Notes under the pieces: generated by a model
What the model was told of the DNA's origin: nothing
The model's input: the letters and a program-made list of their open reading frames with translations, nothing else
The model's database searches: none
Position numbers and translations under genes: made by a program
Shown here: positions 26,644-40,831 of the stretch, in pieces
Numbering within the stretch: position 1 is the stretch's first letter
How the letters are laid out: every line of letters begins with the position of its first letter
Source of the DNA: Octopus vulgaris
Lineage: Eukaryota
Direction: 5' to 3'
Length of the DNA stretch: 64,000 nt
NCBI GenBank assembly: GCA_951406725.2
Contig: OX597816.1
Span: forward strand, 99,200,001-99,264,000

Positions 26644-26693
<50 letters not shown>

Positions 26694-26697
26694 TTAT

Positions 26698-26728
<31 letters not shown>

Positions 26729-26755
26729 TATTCATATATATATATATATATATAG
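26325..26755. repeat. (TA)n array with a periodic CATATAGAT interruption
   Basis: CATATAGAT recurs about every 22-28 nt within (TA)n. Confidence 0.9.
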
Positions 26756-27504
26756 TTCTGTATGTGTCCGTATCGCATTTCTTTTTTAATTAATTGCATT
26801 ATCGTCATCAAGAAGTTATTTTCTAACTAATAAATAGGAATTCATCACCGGAAGTTGAATAGCGATATCACCACGTAGGATTCTTCTTTTATGGTCACTG
26901 TGGACACTGATAGCAATAAATATCCTGACGTCATGCGTGTAACTAAATCTGAGAGCTATCTTAGATGGTGTGTATACCTCTTGATTTTTATATCTATATT
27001 ACTTGAAAATCGTTATTTTCCAAAGTCGTTGCCGATATGAAGCGGTTAAAGCAATATTGGCATAAAATATATCCAAATTTAAACCAATTTATTGCTACTG
27101 AATTTCAAATATGATTACCCCTTCTGGACTTGAACAAATTATTATATATATATATCACAGACTTCGTCACCGATTTTGTGCTATATTCATTTAGTGGTCT
27201 CAGCCATTTCTCTGTAGTCAGTATACATGCTAGGGCATCGACTTCAAACTTTCAGCTAATGCCATCCGCTCAAGTATGCGTTTCAATCTTTATCGAACAG
27301 TTAATCAAACGATTTTATATAATGGGACACACCACTGTTTCAGAGAGGTTAATATAATTAGACATAAGAATGTAAAAGCACATATGGGAGTGTATGCCTA
27401 TGGGTTTGTACATAATTGTATGCATATGTCGAAATGTATGTGAGTGTGTGTGTGTGTATGTATGCATGCACGCATGTATTATGATACAGACATGGATGCA
27501 TGTT

Positions 27505-27930
27505 AAGAAGTTTGCTTCTGAACCATAGTCTTACTGCGTAGTGCCATGAGCATGTGTCTCTTACTATAGCCCCGAGGCGGCCAAATCTTTGGACTAGATT
27601 TCATAGACGGAATCTGAAAGAAGCTCGTCATGTGTGTGTGCGTGTGTCTGTGTGCGTATGCACGCGTGTGTGTATGTGTGTGTCTTTGTGTTTGTGTGTA
27701 TGTACGTGAGCACGCGCGTGTGTTTGTATCTTTGTCACCACTATTGCTTAACAACCAGTTTTCATGTGTTTTCATCCACGTTACCTAGCGGTTTAGTTAA
27801 AGGGAATGATAGAATAAGAATGGCTCTTAGAAAAACAATTAAGAATGAGGTCGATTCGTTCGACTAAAATTATCCAAGGTGTTACACCAACATGACAGCA
27901 ATCTAATAACTGAAACAAGTAAGAGATGAA
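27505..27930 (+). mobile_element. Degenerate copy of the microsatellite-containing SINE, followed by (GATA)n to about 28049
   Basis: CTATAGCCCCGAGGCGGCCAAA...CTGAAAGAAGCTCGTC, a central TG tract and the tail ACTGAAACAAGTAAGAG. Confidence 0.75.
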
Positions 27931-27933
27931 AAT

Positions 27934-28049
<116 letters not shown>

Positions 28050-28224
28050 CGAATATTTGAATATTCATTCTTAATATGTCTAGATAAGTTCCGACGTAAA
28101 ACATGTTAGTCGTTGTAATGTACGTTACAGGTGAATAGTTTCTCCTTTTTACAGCGACAATGTGCTCAGCACACTTGAACACTTTTAGGTTAGTAGCTCA
28201 AAGTATAATCGAATCTATCAGCTT

Positions 28225-28398
28225 GATCTAGGCTCTAACAGAAAAAGCTACCACGGTGCTATTAATAGTTAAGTAGGGGTGGTTTGAGGATACATTGTTA
28301 TATTGCAGGGTTTGGTTCGGTTTCCTATACGGATAGTAGAGCCCATTATGTAAGTCTAATGTAACGTCAAGAAAATAAGTTACCTTAGGGTTGATATC
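28225..28398 (-). mobile_element. Penelope-like RT C-terminal fragment
   Basis: The minus strand reads DINPKVTYFLDVTLDLHNGLYYPYRKPNQTLQYNNVSSNHP, the PLE FLD...YRKP...SNHP signature. Confidence 0.85.
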
Positions 28399-28408
28399 AA
28401 AAATGATA

Positions 28409-28457
28409 TCTTACAGCTGTTTGCGGGATATTTATTACATCCCTTCATCGGAGACGG
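28409..28457 (-). ncRNA. Inverted, core-mutated copy of the hammerhead at 28577
   Basis: Minus strand GTCT-CCGATGA-AGGGATGTAATAAATATCCCG-CAAA-CAGCTGTA-AGA, with two core substitutions. Confidence 0.75.
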
Positions 28458-28576
28458 TGTGAGAAGATGATTAATTAATAATTAATTTAGATAAGATATG
28501 AAATAGAGAGTGAAGTAGAGGAACGAAAATAGATATCTTCTCTAAATTTCCTATTACTAAACCATCTTATCAAACC

Positions 28577-28624
28577 GTCTCTGATGAAGGGATATAATAA
28601 ATATCCCGGAAACAGCTGTAAGAC
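28577..28624 (+). ncRNA. Minimal type I hammerhead ribozyme (PLE-associated type)
   Basis: Stem I GTCT/AGAC, core CTGATGA at 28581-87, stem II GGGATAT/ATATCCC, GAAA at 28609-12, palindromic stem III ACAGCTGT, and a GUA cleavage triplet at 28618-20. Confidence 0.88.
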
Positions 28625-28836
28625 CTATTTATAAATGTTCTAAAATCTTCACAGCCTTGGTTTTTTATCATTCTGAAAACAAATTCTTTATATATACACA
28701 TGCTGATATATGACCTACGTTGAACTCATTATTCGCATAATCACCGAATCTGGAGCTTAACTATGGTCTATCCATAGCACTTACTCAGCATTACCTGACA
28801 CCTTTGGATCTTATTGACACCATTACCTCTCATAAC

Positions 28837-28837
<1 letters not shown>

Positions 28838-28904
<67 letters not shown>

Positions 28905-29074
28905 ATAAATATATATGTGTGTGTGTGTGTATAAATATATATGTGTGTGTGTGTGTGTATAAATATATATGTGTGTGTGTGTGTATAAATATATATGTGT
29001 GTGTGTGTGTGTATAAATATATATGTGTGTGTGTGTATGTGTATAAATATATATGTGTGTGTGTATGTGTATAA

Positions 29075-29118
<44 letters not shown>

Positions 29119-29197
29119 AAATATATATATATGTGTGTGTGTGTATGTATGTGTATAATATATATATATGTGTGTGTGTGTGTGTGTATGTGTATAA

Positions 29198-29241
<44 letters not shown>

Positions 29242-29503
29242 AAATATATATATATATGTGTGTGTGTATGTATGTGTATAAATATATATATATGTGTGTG
29301 TGTGTGTGTATGTGTATAAATATATATATATGTGTGTATGTGTGTGTATGTGTATAAATATATATATATGTGTGTATGTGTGTGTATGTGTATAAATATA
29401 TATATATGTGTGTATGTGTGTGTATGTGTATAAATATATATATATGTGTGTGTGTATGTGAGTGTGTGTGTGTGTGTGCTTGTATGTGTATAAATATATA
29501 TAT
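28838..29503. repeat. Composite (TG)n-TATAAA-(TA)n higher-order microsatellite
   Basis: About 20 units anchored on GTATAAATATATAT. This is the source of the HT/YI ORFs. Confidence 0.92.
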
Positions 29504-30595
29504 CTTTGTGAGATTAGTAGATTCAGAAGCACTTTGCTATTGGATAGTAAAAAGTCGAAGGCTGCTCGTGCGAATCGAACCCACATATCCTGTAGACATC
29601 TTTGTCTATCTATTTTCAAAGCACTATTCTTACCAGCGAGAATTGCATGCATTTGACATCTTAAGAATTTATGAATTTTCTAAAGAGTGTGAAATAATTC
29701 TGTTTGGAACAGTTGACCTCGAGGTACTGAGAGCTATAAATATGATGCAGTTCTACTTTTGCTCAAAACATTTAATTGCACACTCTACTGGTTATGCCCC
29801 CGGTAATCTTTAGGATTCATACTTCCATAACGTTTTAAAGACAACGATACGCCGCTCTCAAAGTTAAAACTTGTGTTTTATCTATATATATATAAAATTA
29901 TAACAAAAACCTAATAGCAAATATTTGCTATATTTTATTCATTATTCATTTTTACAAGTGAGCTTTGTCGAATACCTCAAAATGCTGTTTATGCTAAACA
30001 TATTTAAGCAATAAAAACATATCAACATATTGCTTGTTTTTGTAATTTGTTTTTGTTGCTTTTTCTCTGCTCAAATAATATGAAAAGAATAGACATTAAT
30101 TAGTGGAAACTAAAATCAGAAGCAACTACTGTTTATGAAGCCGTTGGCCATTGTCAAATGTGAAACATTTTAAGAGGTTAAAAAAGTGAGATACACCATT
30201 TGCATAATATTATTCATCAGAAATACATTCCTGCCAGGAAATCGTCATTATTTCTTATACAAATCAAGCGTAGCTTAGAGTGGGTGATATTTATTTGTTC
30301 GTTGGCTATAGGGGGAAATAACTTAAGTAACTTTGATGTTTAAGAAGATAATAGATATTGCCTGTTAATGTCCTCTTCTATGTAAATGAGATTAGAATTA
30401 TGTACAACGTAAAATAAACACACGCGCACATAGCTGCATATATATGTGAGTGTATACATATGCGCACATCCTTGAAACAACATCTCTTCGTTCTAAAACA
30501 AATCAGATGTAAACATACATATATAATATATATAGATATATGTATATAGATATATGTATATATATATGTATATATATATACATATATATATATAT

Positions 30596-30626
<31 letters not shown>

Positions 30627-30640
30627 AATATATATATGTA

Positions 30641-30683
<43 letters not shown>

Positions 30684-31941
30684 ATGTATATTCGTATGCA
30701 TGAACATATAAATAAGTAAATGTATACATATATGCGTGTGTGTAATATATATGTAAATATATATAAATATATATACGTACGTTGGAGTATACATATACAT
30801 CTGTACGTGTGTCTAATCATGTAATATGTATGCGTGTAACCGAGTGCGCGCGCGTGAGCGTGGGTGTGCGAAGCGGACGCAGGCAATATGACACTTAGAG
30901 ATACCTACGTATAGTTTCAATGCTTCCAACTGTGTGCTAAAGCAGATTTTCAATATATTCAATTTCTATACTGAAAGACCTATTTTGAGTCTCTTTATTT
31001 ATTCGAATACATTTTCTGTTTTAGGGGCATCATAGGCATCATTATCCCCATAATCTTCCTTTCCACCTCCTGCTCTTCCTTCTCCACCTTCTTCTCCTTC
31101 TTTTTCGCGCCTTCACCTCTCATCTTGTTCTTATTCTTATTTTCCCCTTAGCTTCTTCAACACCACTAGTTTCGCAACCATTAGTATTATCACAGACGTA
31201 ACTATTCCGGTGTTATATTTAATAGTATTACTATTAGTATTATTAATATTATACCTGTTTTGTGCTGTTGCTATTTCTATTGTTGTTATTGACCTTGCTA
31301 TTTCTTTACAGGGTGACGTGGATAATGTTTTTAAATATAAATATACATATAGTTGTGATGTTCACGTCTTCTCTATGGATAGTATGTATTAAAATTTTCT
31401 AATATGAAAGGGAAAGTTAGTAACTTGTCTGAATTCATCCAAGATCTCTGCTCCTATACCTAATATATTCACCTAAATAAGTATACTAAAAAGAATTATA
31501 CATTAAAACGAGCGCGTGGGTGTTTAGCTAAATATGGTCGATGGAGTATACATACGTGACGTTTCTCGTTTAAATATAAGCATAGAAAGATAAGTATACG
31601 TATTTTTACATATTTGCACCTAAACATGCTATATAAAACAACGTATGACTATAATATTGCATTGTATTTCATGCATGTAACCGTTGATGAAATGTGCGGC
31701 ATGATTATGCTTACGAACACCCGCTTCTTTCTATATACTTCTGAACATTATACATAAATTTATTTCACATTGCCTCACTACTATCTAGTTTCTGAAAATT
31801 AACGTCATATCGCCAGGAAAGTGTAGCATGCGATACACCAACTCCGTGTTCACTGGTGCTGACTGGGTTGCGCACACTATTTTTGTCTCACACAAATAAA
31901 TATACGCGTTTGTTTATGTTGTAGGTGAGCGTGTATATATA

Positions 31942-31984
<43 letters not shown>

Positions 31985-33187
31985 CTGAGTGTACACAATT
32001 GTGTGTATTACGAAGATTATATATTCGTAAACAACATTTTGTTTAGTTGTTTAAGACTGTATTTACACGAGCATCCACGTGCGACATGAAAGCCATGAAA
32101 TATAATCTATTTATTTCACCTGTTTGATAGAAATAACCAATAATCAAAAGAGTTTATGAGTTGGTAAACTGAACTAGAGACTCATTTAAGACAACAACTT
32201 TTGATATATCTTTATTATTTATTTATATATTGTATTATTTTGCTTGACATCCAGAACGACATCAAGCAATGTGCAACTTCATGAAAGGAGTCGTTATACA
32301 CCATCGTTGCAGCTAAAGATGAGAATTGTATTTGAATCTAGAGGATCAAAGCAATATATGTTGTAAAATCGAATTCTTTGAAAACTGGAAACCAAAAGAA
32401 GAAAATAGCGTATATATTAGTTTATGGATACTTTGAAATCATGAGATTGTCAATTGATGTTGCTTAGAAATAGTGAACGGTCCCTGAATTGAACAAACAT
32501 CTATTGAATCTTACATATATTTGTAAATTTTCTTTTCTAAGTCATCATGAAAGGGAAATTTTTTGTCAAAATCTATCATCATTTTTCTGCTGGAGAACTA
32601 CCTTCATGTGTCTCAGTTTTTCTCTTCGCCTAATTTGCAACGCCTTCATATACAAATTTTTTATGTAATTCAAGCTCCTCTGAGTGATAATATACTTTAA
32701 TCCTCTCCCGAATAATTGCTTTGATAGACAGTTCATTCTTTACAATACGCAGTGTTCTTTTTTCTTCAGTCACATTACTAATTGCCTGTTTTTGGTGAAT
32801 ATGCTCCTTTTGAAGTGAAAAAACGAAAAACAACGTTCATATATGTGCTTTCAGCGTGCTCGAATATGTTTTCAATTTGTCGACGCATTCACTGTCTCCA
32901 ACTGATGATGACAGTTTCAAACATCCGATTTCAGCTAATTCCCTCAACCTTCCTAATATTAAGAAAAATGATTATCATCGAAAATACGATGCTTGACTCA
33001 TTCCTATTAAGAATTTTTACATCAAGTCGAAGCGCCTTAATTTATTATCCCTTACGAAAGATGGTGTATGACACGTATACACATACTAAAGAGAAATATT
33101 TATGTATTAATACAACATCGGTAGAATATTCAACAATTTACATAACATAGTTCTTTTGTCTGTCGAAATATTTTTACCATTCTGCTT

Positions 33188-33224
<37 letters not shown>

Positions 33225-34188
33225 TAAATACCCAGCGATGTTTCCTCCTCTAGTATCAAAATATACTTAATGTATTTATTGTTGTAGTTAGGAAGCAATT
33301 TATATAACCAAAGAACCCAACTGTGAAGTGAAGGGGTCATCTAGAACTGTAATCGATGAAATAGCAAAATATATTTTAATGGAATTAGATGCAAGGTAAA
33401 ATATTAAAAAAGAAATATTCATAATAAAAGAAACTCAATTTTAGCGTGATGTAAAGAATTTTATGTTCACACACACACACATATGTATAGGAAAAATTGT
33501 AAAATGGAAAGTTTCAAGCTGTTGCAAATTATACTAAATACCAATTTCCAATAAAGACGGAAGAACTATAACGTTGGCAACTTTATAAAGTATGTTAACG
33601 AACCCTGTGATGAACTGTAATTGTTTGCAAGTTTTTAGAGAAATACATTATTTAGAACTCAGTAAGATTACTAATAGGCAAATTGAGAAGAAAATCAATT
33701 TTATTTGCTTTGTTTGATTTTCTTTAATGCATTTATCATATTTTGCTCTTAGCATTCATCATTGTTTCTTGACTGATATGAAGTTAAATTGTAGCACACA
33801 TAATAGAAAATATTTCAGACAGAAACACAGCTGAACGTTTAGTTAAATTACCTGTATGAGACCAATACTAACCTCTTCCTGGCGGGGGATGGGTGTATGT
33901 TAGTATGTATGTATCGATTAATTCTTGATTTTATTTTCTAAGACAAGGCCACTGTCAATTAACATCGTGTATAATGCTGAAATACAATGTATTATGTGTT
34001 TGGAGATGAGAACAACTTAACATTAAAAAAGAAATTCTTAATGAACCCCATGAGAACCCCACAATATTTTATTCTTGAAAATATTTGGTTTAAGTTCTAA
34101 CTAGAACTGTGCATCTTAAAATCATCTCGCCTGTCTCCATATCAGAGATTATAAAGTAGTAAGCTCACGATAACTCTGCATATATATA

Positions 34189-34308
34189 TCACCGTGATCA
34201 CCGTGACCGACCTAGCTATCACATGTTGCTACACATCGCTGGTCACAATGCGTTTCGCATTGTTTTAGCCTTTAAACGACGCCACCCCGCTGGCTAAGCG
34301 AGCAGGCC
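34189..34308 (-). mobile_element. Isolated 3' tail of the tRNA(Arg)-like SINE, inserted in (TA)n
   Basis: Matches 54934-55046 and the reverse complement of 40828-40946. Confidence 0.85.
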
Positions 34309-34447
34309 GCGCATATATATATATATATTTGTGTGTGTGTGTGTTATGTATATGTGCATATATATATATATACATATATATATATAATAATAATAAATGC
34401 AAATGCATTAAATACTATAAAATGTACACGTAGGAGACACACAAGGA

Positions 34448-34563
34448 CCCCAATTCTTCATCAGTTATCGACCAAAGATACTAATATCAGTTTCGTGCCT
34501 TTAACGATAAGACTGAAAACATCATGTATCGGCGGCACTCGCAAAAGTTGCGGAAAATTAGGG
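34448..34563 (-). ncRNA. Putative permuted, doubly pseudoknotted hammerhead-like ribozyme (copy A), in an approximately 34390-34970 repeat
   Basis: Minus strand: CCCUAAUUUU ccgcaacuuuugcga GUGCC gcc GAUAC a UGAUG uuu UCAGUC^ UUAUCG uuaaa GGCAC GAAACUGA UAUUA GUAUC uuuggu CGAUAA CUGAUGA AGAAUUGGGG. All core nucleotides are present and stems I and III pair. Confidence 0.75.
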
Positions 34564-35175
34564 CTCGAACAAACAAGAGAATATGGGGTGGGCGTACGAA
34601 AGTAAACAAATGCAATTTGGAGACGATAGACGAAGGCACAATAACTACAACTTTTCGGCCAAACACAAGAATGATGGGTAACGCCTAGAAGAAATCGTCA
34701 ATGGGTATAAGAAGAGAAAATGTTGACCAGCGGGCTATGTGTCGAGTGGTGAAAAGCCAGAGATGGGAAAATTAGTCAAGTGTCACGTGTGGGCAGTAGA
34801 CAGACGGGAAGGAGGATGAGAAGAGGGGTAGAGAGAGAGAGATCAGGGGAAGGAAGGGAGAAAGTCTACAATTAAGAGTGAGAAGACGAGTGGGAGAGAG
34901 GAAGTAGGGATATTTGAAAAGGAATAGGACGACGAGAGAGAAAGAAAGAAGATGGAGTCGCAAAAAAATATAAAAACATACTGCTGTATAAATAAATACA
35001 CATACATATATTCATACATACACACACACATATGCACCACGAAGGCTCCACTTCGAAGTCACTATTACCTCACGCGTACAAGTTAGATAAACTTGTACTC
35101 TAAAAAGTTGTGTAAGGTTTCAGTCTAATGTTAAATAGCTTTTGTATGTACCTGTACATAGAAGCAAACATTAAG

Positions 35176-35208
<33 letters not shown>

Positions 35209-36344
35209 GTGGGGGATTTATGCATGTATGTTGTCTTCTGTTTTTAATTATTTAAATTCTTCCTCTGATGAAGGAGCTAGTTTCTAACAGAGATATAACG
35301 CTCCATCTTTTGAATGTAGATACTATAAAACAGAAGATAGTTACGTATGTATATACGTACATGTGTATTCGTGTTTGTATGTATGTATGCATGCATGTAT
35401 TTCCGTAATACTCGGTAACTACTCCGCCATAGATAAAATTAATTTTACAAACGCACTCAAATATGTGACATCTCATTGTCAGCGGCGGTTAAGAAATATT
35501 ACATGGAATTTATCAATTCCGACGGTTACAAGTCCGCCAGCGTGATTATGACTAGGTTTCAAATTTTGTTACCTGTCTTGCAATTTTTAGCAAGAGGAGG
35601 TTAGCCAATTGCATGAACTCAATTGGTATTTAATGTACCAACCCAGAAAGGATAAAAAGTGAAGTTAACTTCAATGGCATTTGAACTGAGGACAGGAAGA
35701 AATGCCACAAAGTACATTATCCGACGCGCTAACAATCGTTGCCTTAGCTATTGCCAGATAATAACAGCTTCATTTATGTGCGTATATTACATCTTGCTTA
35801 TAAACCGAGTGCATTAAAAATGAACACAGTTGAAGCGAAATAAAACTTTTTACTACTGCCATTATATCATATTAGCAATTTCTTTGTCTCTTATAATTTA
35901 CAAAAACGATCAATTAAGTTGAATGTAAGAAATTACTATAATTATAAAAAAATTATATTAGATTTATATTTTTACTTTACACAAAACCGATTTCGGTGAT
36001 AATGTAGATTTTTCTCTTTATACAATATTGATAAATTATTTTTTCCACTTTTATGATCTCTGCAGAGTAAATAGCAGATACTGTTTTGATTTGGTCTCTT
36101 ATTTTTATCAGTATATCACAACAATTCGTTGTTAAATCTATATTATATTTCAATCTATCATAAAATTGACAATATAGTTTTGGTAAAACTATAAATTACA
36201 TTAGCAATTACTATGAAATTTAGTTTTTGTTATTAATGTATTCATTAGAATGAAGTTAAAAACGCACTGCGTCATCGTTATTCGTCGGCGTCCGAGCATA
36301 AACTAAGTTGTCCAGCATGGTTATGATACTACGTGTGAGTGCCT

Positions 36345-36500
36345 ACGTTTGGCGGTGGATTGGCTAAATCAGTGAATTTTGAGACACAATGCTTTTCAGT
36401 ATTTGCTTGAGAACAACGTTCTTCGCATTCTGAGCTCAAATCCGGCAAAAGTCGACATTATCTCTATCTTTCTGCGACGATAGAATAAGTACCAATAAAG
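36345..36500 (+). mobile_element. Degenerate MetaSINE-like SINE
   Basis: TTCTGAGCTCAAATCCGGCAAAAGTCGAC...GATAGAATAAGTACCA resembles the reverse complement of 51991-52220. Similar relics lie near 5260-5390, 35590-35750 and 53640-53780. Confidence 0.55.
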
Positions 36501-38999
36501 TCCTAAGGTCGTCTGAAATCTGCCATCAAATTTCTGACTTTGTTCCTATATAAGATATTATCAAGTCTACAATAAGAATTCATTTGTATTAAATAAATCG
36601 TTATTGTTAATAAAGAGACCATTAAATCCTGGAAATAGGCTGCATTTTGCATATAAAAAGGGAATATAAAATCACATAAATATGGGGCTGATTCTTGCAA
36701 AGAGAAGGAAATGGCTTTGTTCTATTGAAAAGGAATGAGAGTTGCAAATATGGCATCACAGTCTGCTAAAGGATATGTAGTTTGAAACTCATCACTTTAT
36801 AACATGGTACAAATGTCATCAGGGATAATTTTCTTTTCTTTGTTTCTAGGACAAAGTAAAGTAATATAAATTATGTATACAATTACCTGTATATGTTCTA
36901 TGATGGTCATTAACTCTTCAAGGAAAACTTCATACAGACCATTCCGGTTGTGATAACTTTACGTAAGAGTTTAAAAGTTGCAGGCTGTTACATTCTAAGA
37001 GAAAGGATTGAGTGCCTGACAATATAGATACTTTATACTACTTGATTTTGACGGTTAACATTCGAAATATATATAAATTATTGATTTGGGATTTAGATGA
37101 ATAACTATGTCTATTTGTATTACAAATTGATCGTCTCTTCACTTAAGATGTATCTAAAACTAAATATGGAAACTATTTTTATAAAAACAATTTTCAAAGC
37201 ATTTGAAAAAAAATTTCTTCCGTCAATATCCCTTTTTCTAAGGGGAGAAATTTTCGTGATTCTCTATCAGTATAATTAAATTTAATATTCATTAAAAGAA
37301 ATACAAACTGCTTGTGATTATGTTAAATAAAACATAACTAATAAGAGGGTAAACTTCAGAAACACAAAGTACGTGCGGTGTAAGATCCTCGTAAACGTTA
37401 CTATATCAAAAGCGTATCATTTGATAATCTTCACTGGCGTAGGTGTTGTTTTGGCAAACCTTTCTAAACCGTGGTTTAATATTTGTTTGCTGATATTCTT
37501 ATGGAGGGTTCTGTGTTAATAACTTTGGAGCTGTTCGTTGTAAAAGCTGAAAATGTATATTCATATAAATGCGAATATTAATGTTAGAAGCGCTGTCATT
37601 GAAATTTTGAATAATAGAAATTCTTATTTTACAAGCAGTTAAGAAAACCCAGATCTATTTTCGCAATTCAGTTCTGAGAGATGAATTTTATAATATCTTC
37701 TACAACATTCAAAGATATTTCATCTGCTACATTGCTATAATTAATGAGATTTTCAGCGATTCGTTATAATTATTTACAACAGAAATAAGTACATTTACTG
37801 AAAAGATTTTTCGTATGTAGGAAATTTTCGATTATGATCTACTTAATCGAATCAAAAATCCGTTCACTTTATAAATACCATTTTCACAATATGAAAACTA
37901 TTCAGATTCATTATTTCGTACTGTACATTTCCGTAGGCTTATTTCTTTCATGAACATTTCAGCTCCACTTTTCAAAGTAATATATTTATTAAGTTCTCTA
38001 ATCTTTTTCCAGATAACATAGTCTTCACAAATAATTCATATCTGGAAAGAATTCAGCAAAATGAGAATTTTTTAAGGTAAAAAAACATCATAATTTCTTT
38101 GATTTTCAAGTCTACTAGACGTTTTAAAACGCATCCAGTTGGCGCCCGGCTATATTCAGTGAAACGATTATACGCTGGTTATTTTAACTACGTTTAGCGC
38201 TGAAATATCTCTAACTCTGATGCTGCGTGAATTAACTTTACACTGAAATCTTGTTTTTCCTTGCTATTGCACCTGTGCCGATGTTAAACAAAAATACATT
38301 TAATAAATTCTGTATCACTTTCATTAAAACTGGCCACCTTTGAGGAAAACATATTCACCAACTCAGGACAACGAATCTTGTCCAGATTTCATACGAATTC
38401 GAGACATATCAATAGTTGAGCAACATTGGTAATGACTACCGATTTCAAACATTGTTTAATGTTATTTTTTAAATATATTTTTCAAACCTTGTCCTCTAAC
38501 GAGGAACTTTCTCATTTTCTCCACATTTGACATTTTGTGAATAAATGTCCATGATACTATAGGTCTTCATCTATATCTTTGTTTTTTCAATTATGTATGG
38601 GGCTTCATGTGATTTTTGTAATCATTTTACTTGAACTATTATATGCTATTTTTTTCTTTTTCAAAACCATACATATGTACTTTCTTAGCCTTTATTGATC
38701 TTTTGAATAACGTGAAACATTAGCCGGAAAACATATCTCGTGTAACGTTGAGTTCACTTTCATATGGCAATTTATGTTGGTACTAGGTTATTTTACAGAT
38801 TCAATCGTTTGTATAAATTTTTTCAATACTTTAAGAAAAATTAACTAATAGCTTTACGATAAATCTTAAAACTATAACTAATGTTAAAATGGGTTTGAAT
38901 ATTAATATATTTAAATTATATAATTAATTCAAAATTAAAATATTTAAAACTTTGTAATTATTTAATCAGTTTTATTTTCTACAAACTTACTTTAGAAAT

Positions 39000-39230
39000 T
39001 GGTAATGCTTCTCGATAGCACTGCCAGGCCAGAGATCTTTGGTGATTGTCCGTAGGTCCCGGCCCGAAAGTTATCCTGAACAGGCGGGTCAGGTGTCTCT
39101 CGTCGACGCCCAGATCCTGCCCGAGAGCGCCGTCGCACCTCCTCTCCACTAATCCTCTATAGAACGCCTTTGTTGTAATGAAGTCGCACAAATTTGGTCC
39201 CGGACGGCAGAGTTGCTTCAGAGCAGCAAA
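39000..39230 (-). mobile_element. L1/Tx1-type LINE fragment (region upstream of the C-terminal zinc motif)
   Basis: A GC-rich island in AT-rich DNA, reading TTKAFYRGLVE...LFRITFGPGPTDNHQRSLAWQCYREALP. Confidence 0.65.
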
Positions 39231-40531
39231 ATAATTTTGATAATTGACATAAAAATTCAGGTCGACTCCTGTATTACTCTAAAATTTGACAATGCTATAC
39301 CAGTAATATCTTCAAGTTGATTAAAGGTATCAAAAACCTGTTCAAGAATTGTGTGCTCTGAAACTTTAGACGGAATCAGTGCCTCATTGATATATTTAAG
39401 ATAATTATTAAATCCTCACAATTTCTTATTACATGAAATGAAATTTCTCTTACGTCATGAATTACTCCTGTTAAAATGCAAACAAAACAATTCACATTGT
39501 TCTATTTCCTAAGTCCTACTAGTTAAAATAATCGACTAACTGGTGGCTTTTCCGTTGGCCTCAACGATGAGCATTTAGTTTTTCATCCAAATTTCTACTG
39601 ATACAATTCATATGTAAGCATTTCAATTCCTCAAACAAGAGTGTGGTTAATAGATATCTAAGGTCAATACAAAGTGATACAATATGGCAAGGCCATTCCT
39701 TTGAATAATATGTACGATCCAGAGATAAAATGATGTGGAAAGCAATTTGACCCAATATTCTTTTACTGTTCCGAATCCTGATAAATATAAATGACCTCAG
39801 TCAAATATCCGGAATGGGCATGGCGAGATATATTATTCGATGCTCTGAGACTGCCAATTTGTAACCTTAATTTAATGATTTATATATTACTGAAATGCTT
39901 GAGACTAACGTACACTACCACTATGTTATATATGCAAACTGGGTTTGGTTAAAAAGCTAAATATAATAAAGGAAAGCATTCAATAAGAGAATTGCTAGAA
40001 CTTGCTATCACTTGGGGCCAAATATATAGTCAAATATGTATATCTACTGAGACTTCTTTAAAAATATTCATATTAAGTACGACAGTTCAAGAAGGTATTA
40101 TAAATATATAAAAAAGATTAACAATAATATAGGAAGAGGTATTATTATAAAATTATATCATTATAGCACCAAAATAATGTGAAAGATTAGTCTGTGATGG
40201 ACAATTGTTTTCATTTCATTTTTGTTATGGTTATAGCACAGCTGATTTTACAACACTCTTTACAAATTAAAGTAGGGAAAAAAGTTAGTTTTAGTTCATT
40301 GTCTGTGTGTAAGTCTGTTTTTGTGCTTACGTGGGGTTGTGTGTATGGTGAGTGTGTGTGTGTACGTCTGGGCTTCGATTTTTTGTTTCTTTTACTTATT
40401 CCATTTTTTATGTCAAATTAAATATCTCTCATACTGTGAAAGAAACAAAAATTATTGAAAACCTAACAGCTACACGGTAAAGGCTCACAATGGGACGCAC
40501 TCACACAGACACACACACATACACACACATA

Positions 40532-40580
<49 letters not shown>

Positions 40581-40765
40581 CTACATATATGTATGTATAC
40601 GCTTATGAATTTATTTTGGAATGATTCTTGATGTAGAATCATCTGTTAAAACATTGTTATTCTTAGAAATGGTCATCTTTTGCCAATTAAATACACGCAA
40701 CATGACTGAATACCAAATATATAGTGCGTGTATTTAATCAGCAAAAATATGACCCTCCCCAAGTA

Positions 40766-40827
<62 letters not shown>

Positions 40828-40831
<4 letters not shown>

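Noticed and set aside
26926-26933. CRE palindrome TGACGTCA
   Set aside because: A single 8-mer is expected by chance in 64 kb, and there is no promoter context.
35262-35310. CTGATGA plus a GGAGC/GCTCC stem
   Set aside because: No GAAA or stem III follows, so it is at best a dead relic.
35485-35548. Twister-ribozyme-like loop CGGTTACAAGTCCG after a GGAATT/AATTCC hairpin
   Set aside because: P1, P2 and a correctly placed cleavage-site segment cannot be built. The resemblance is only partial.
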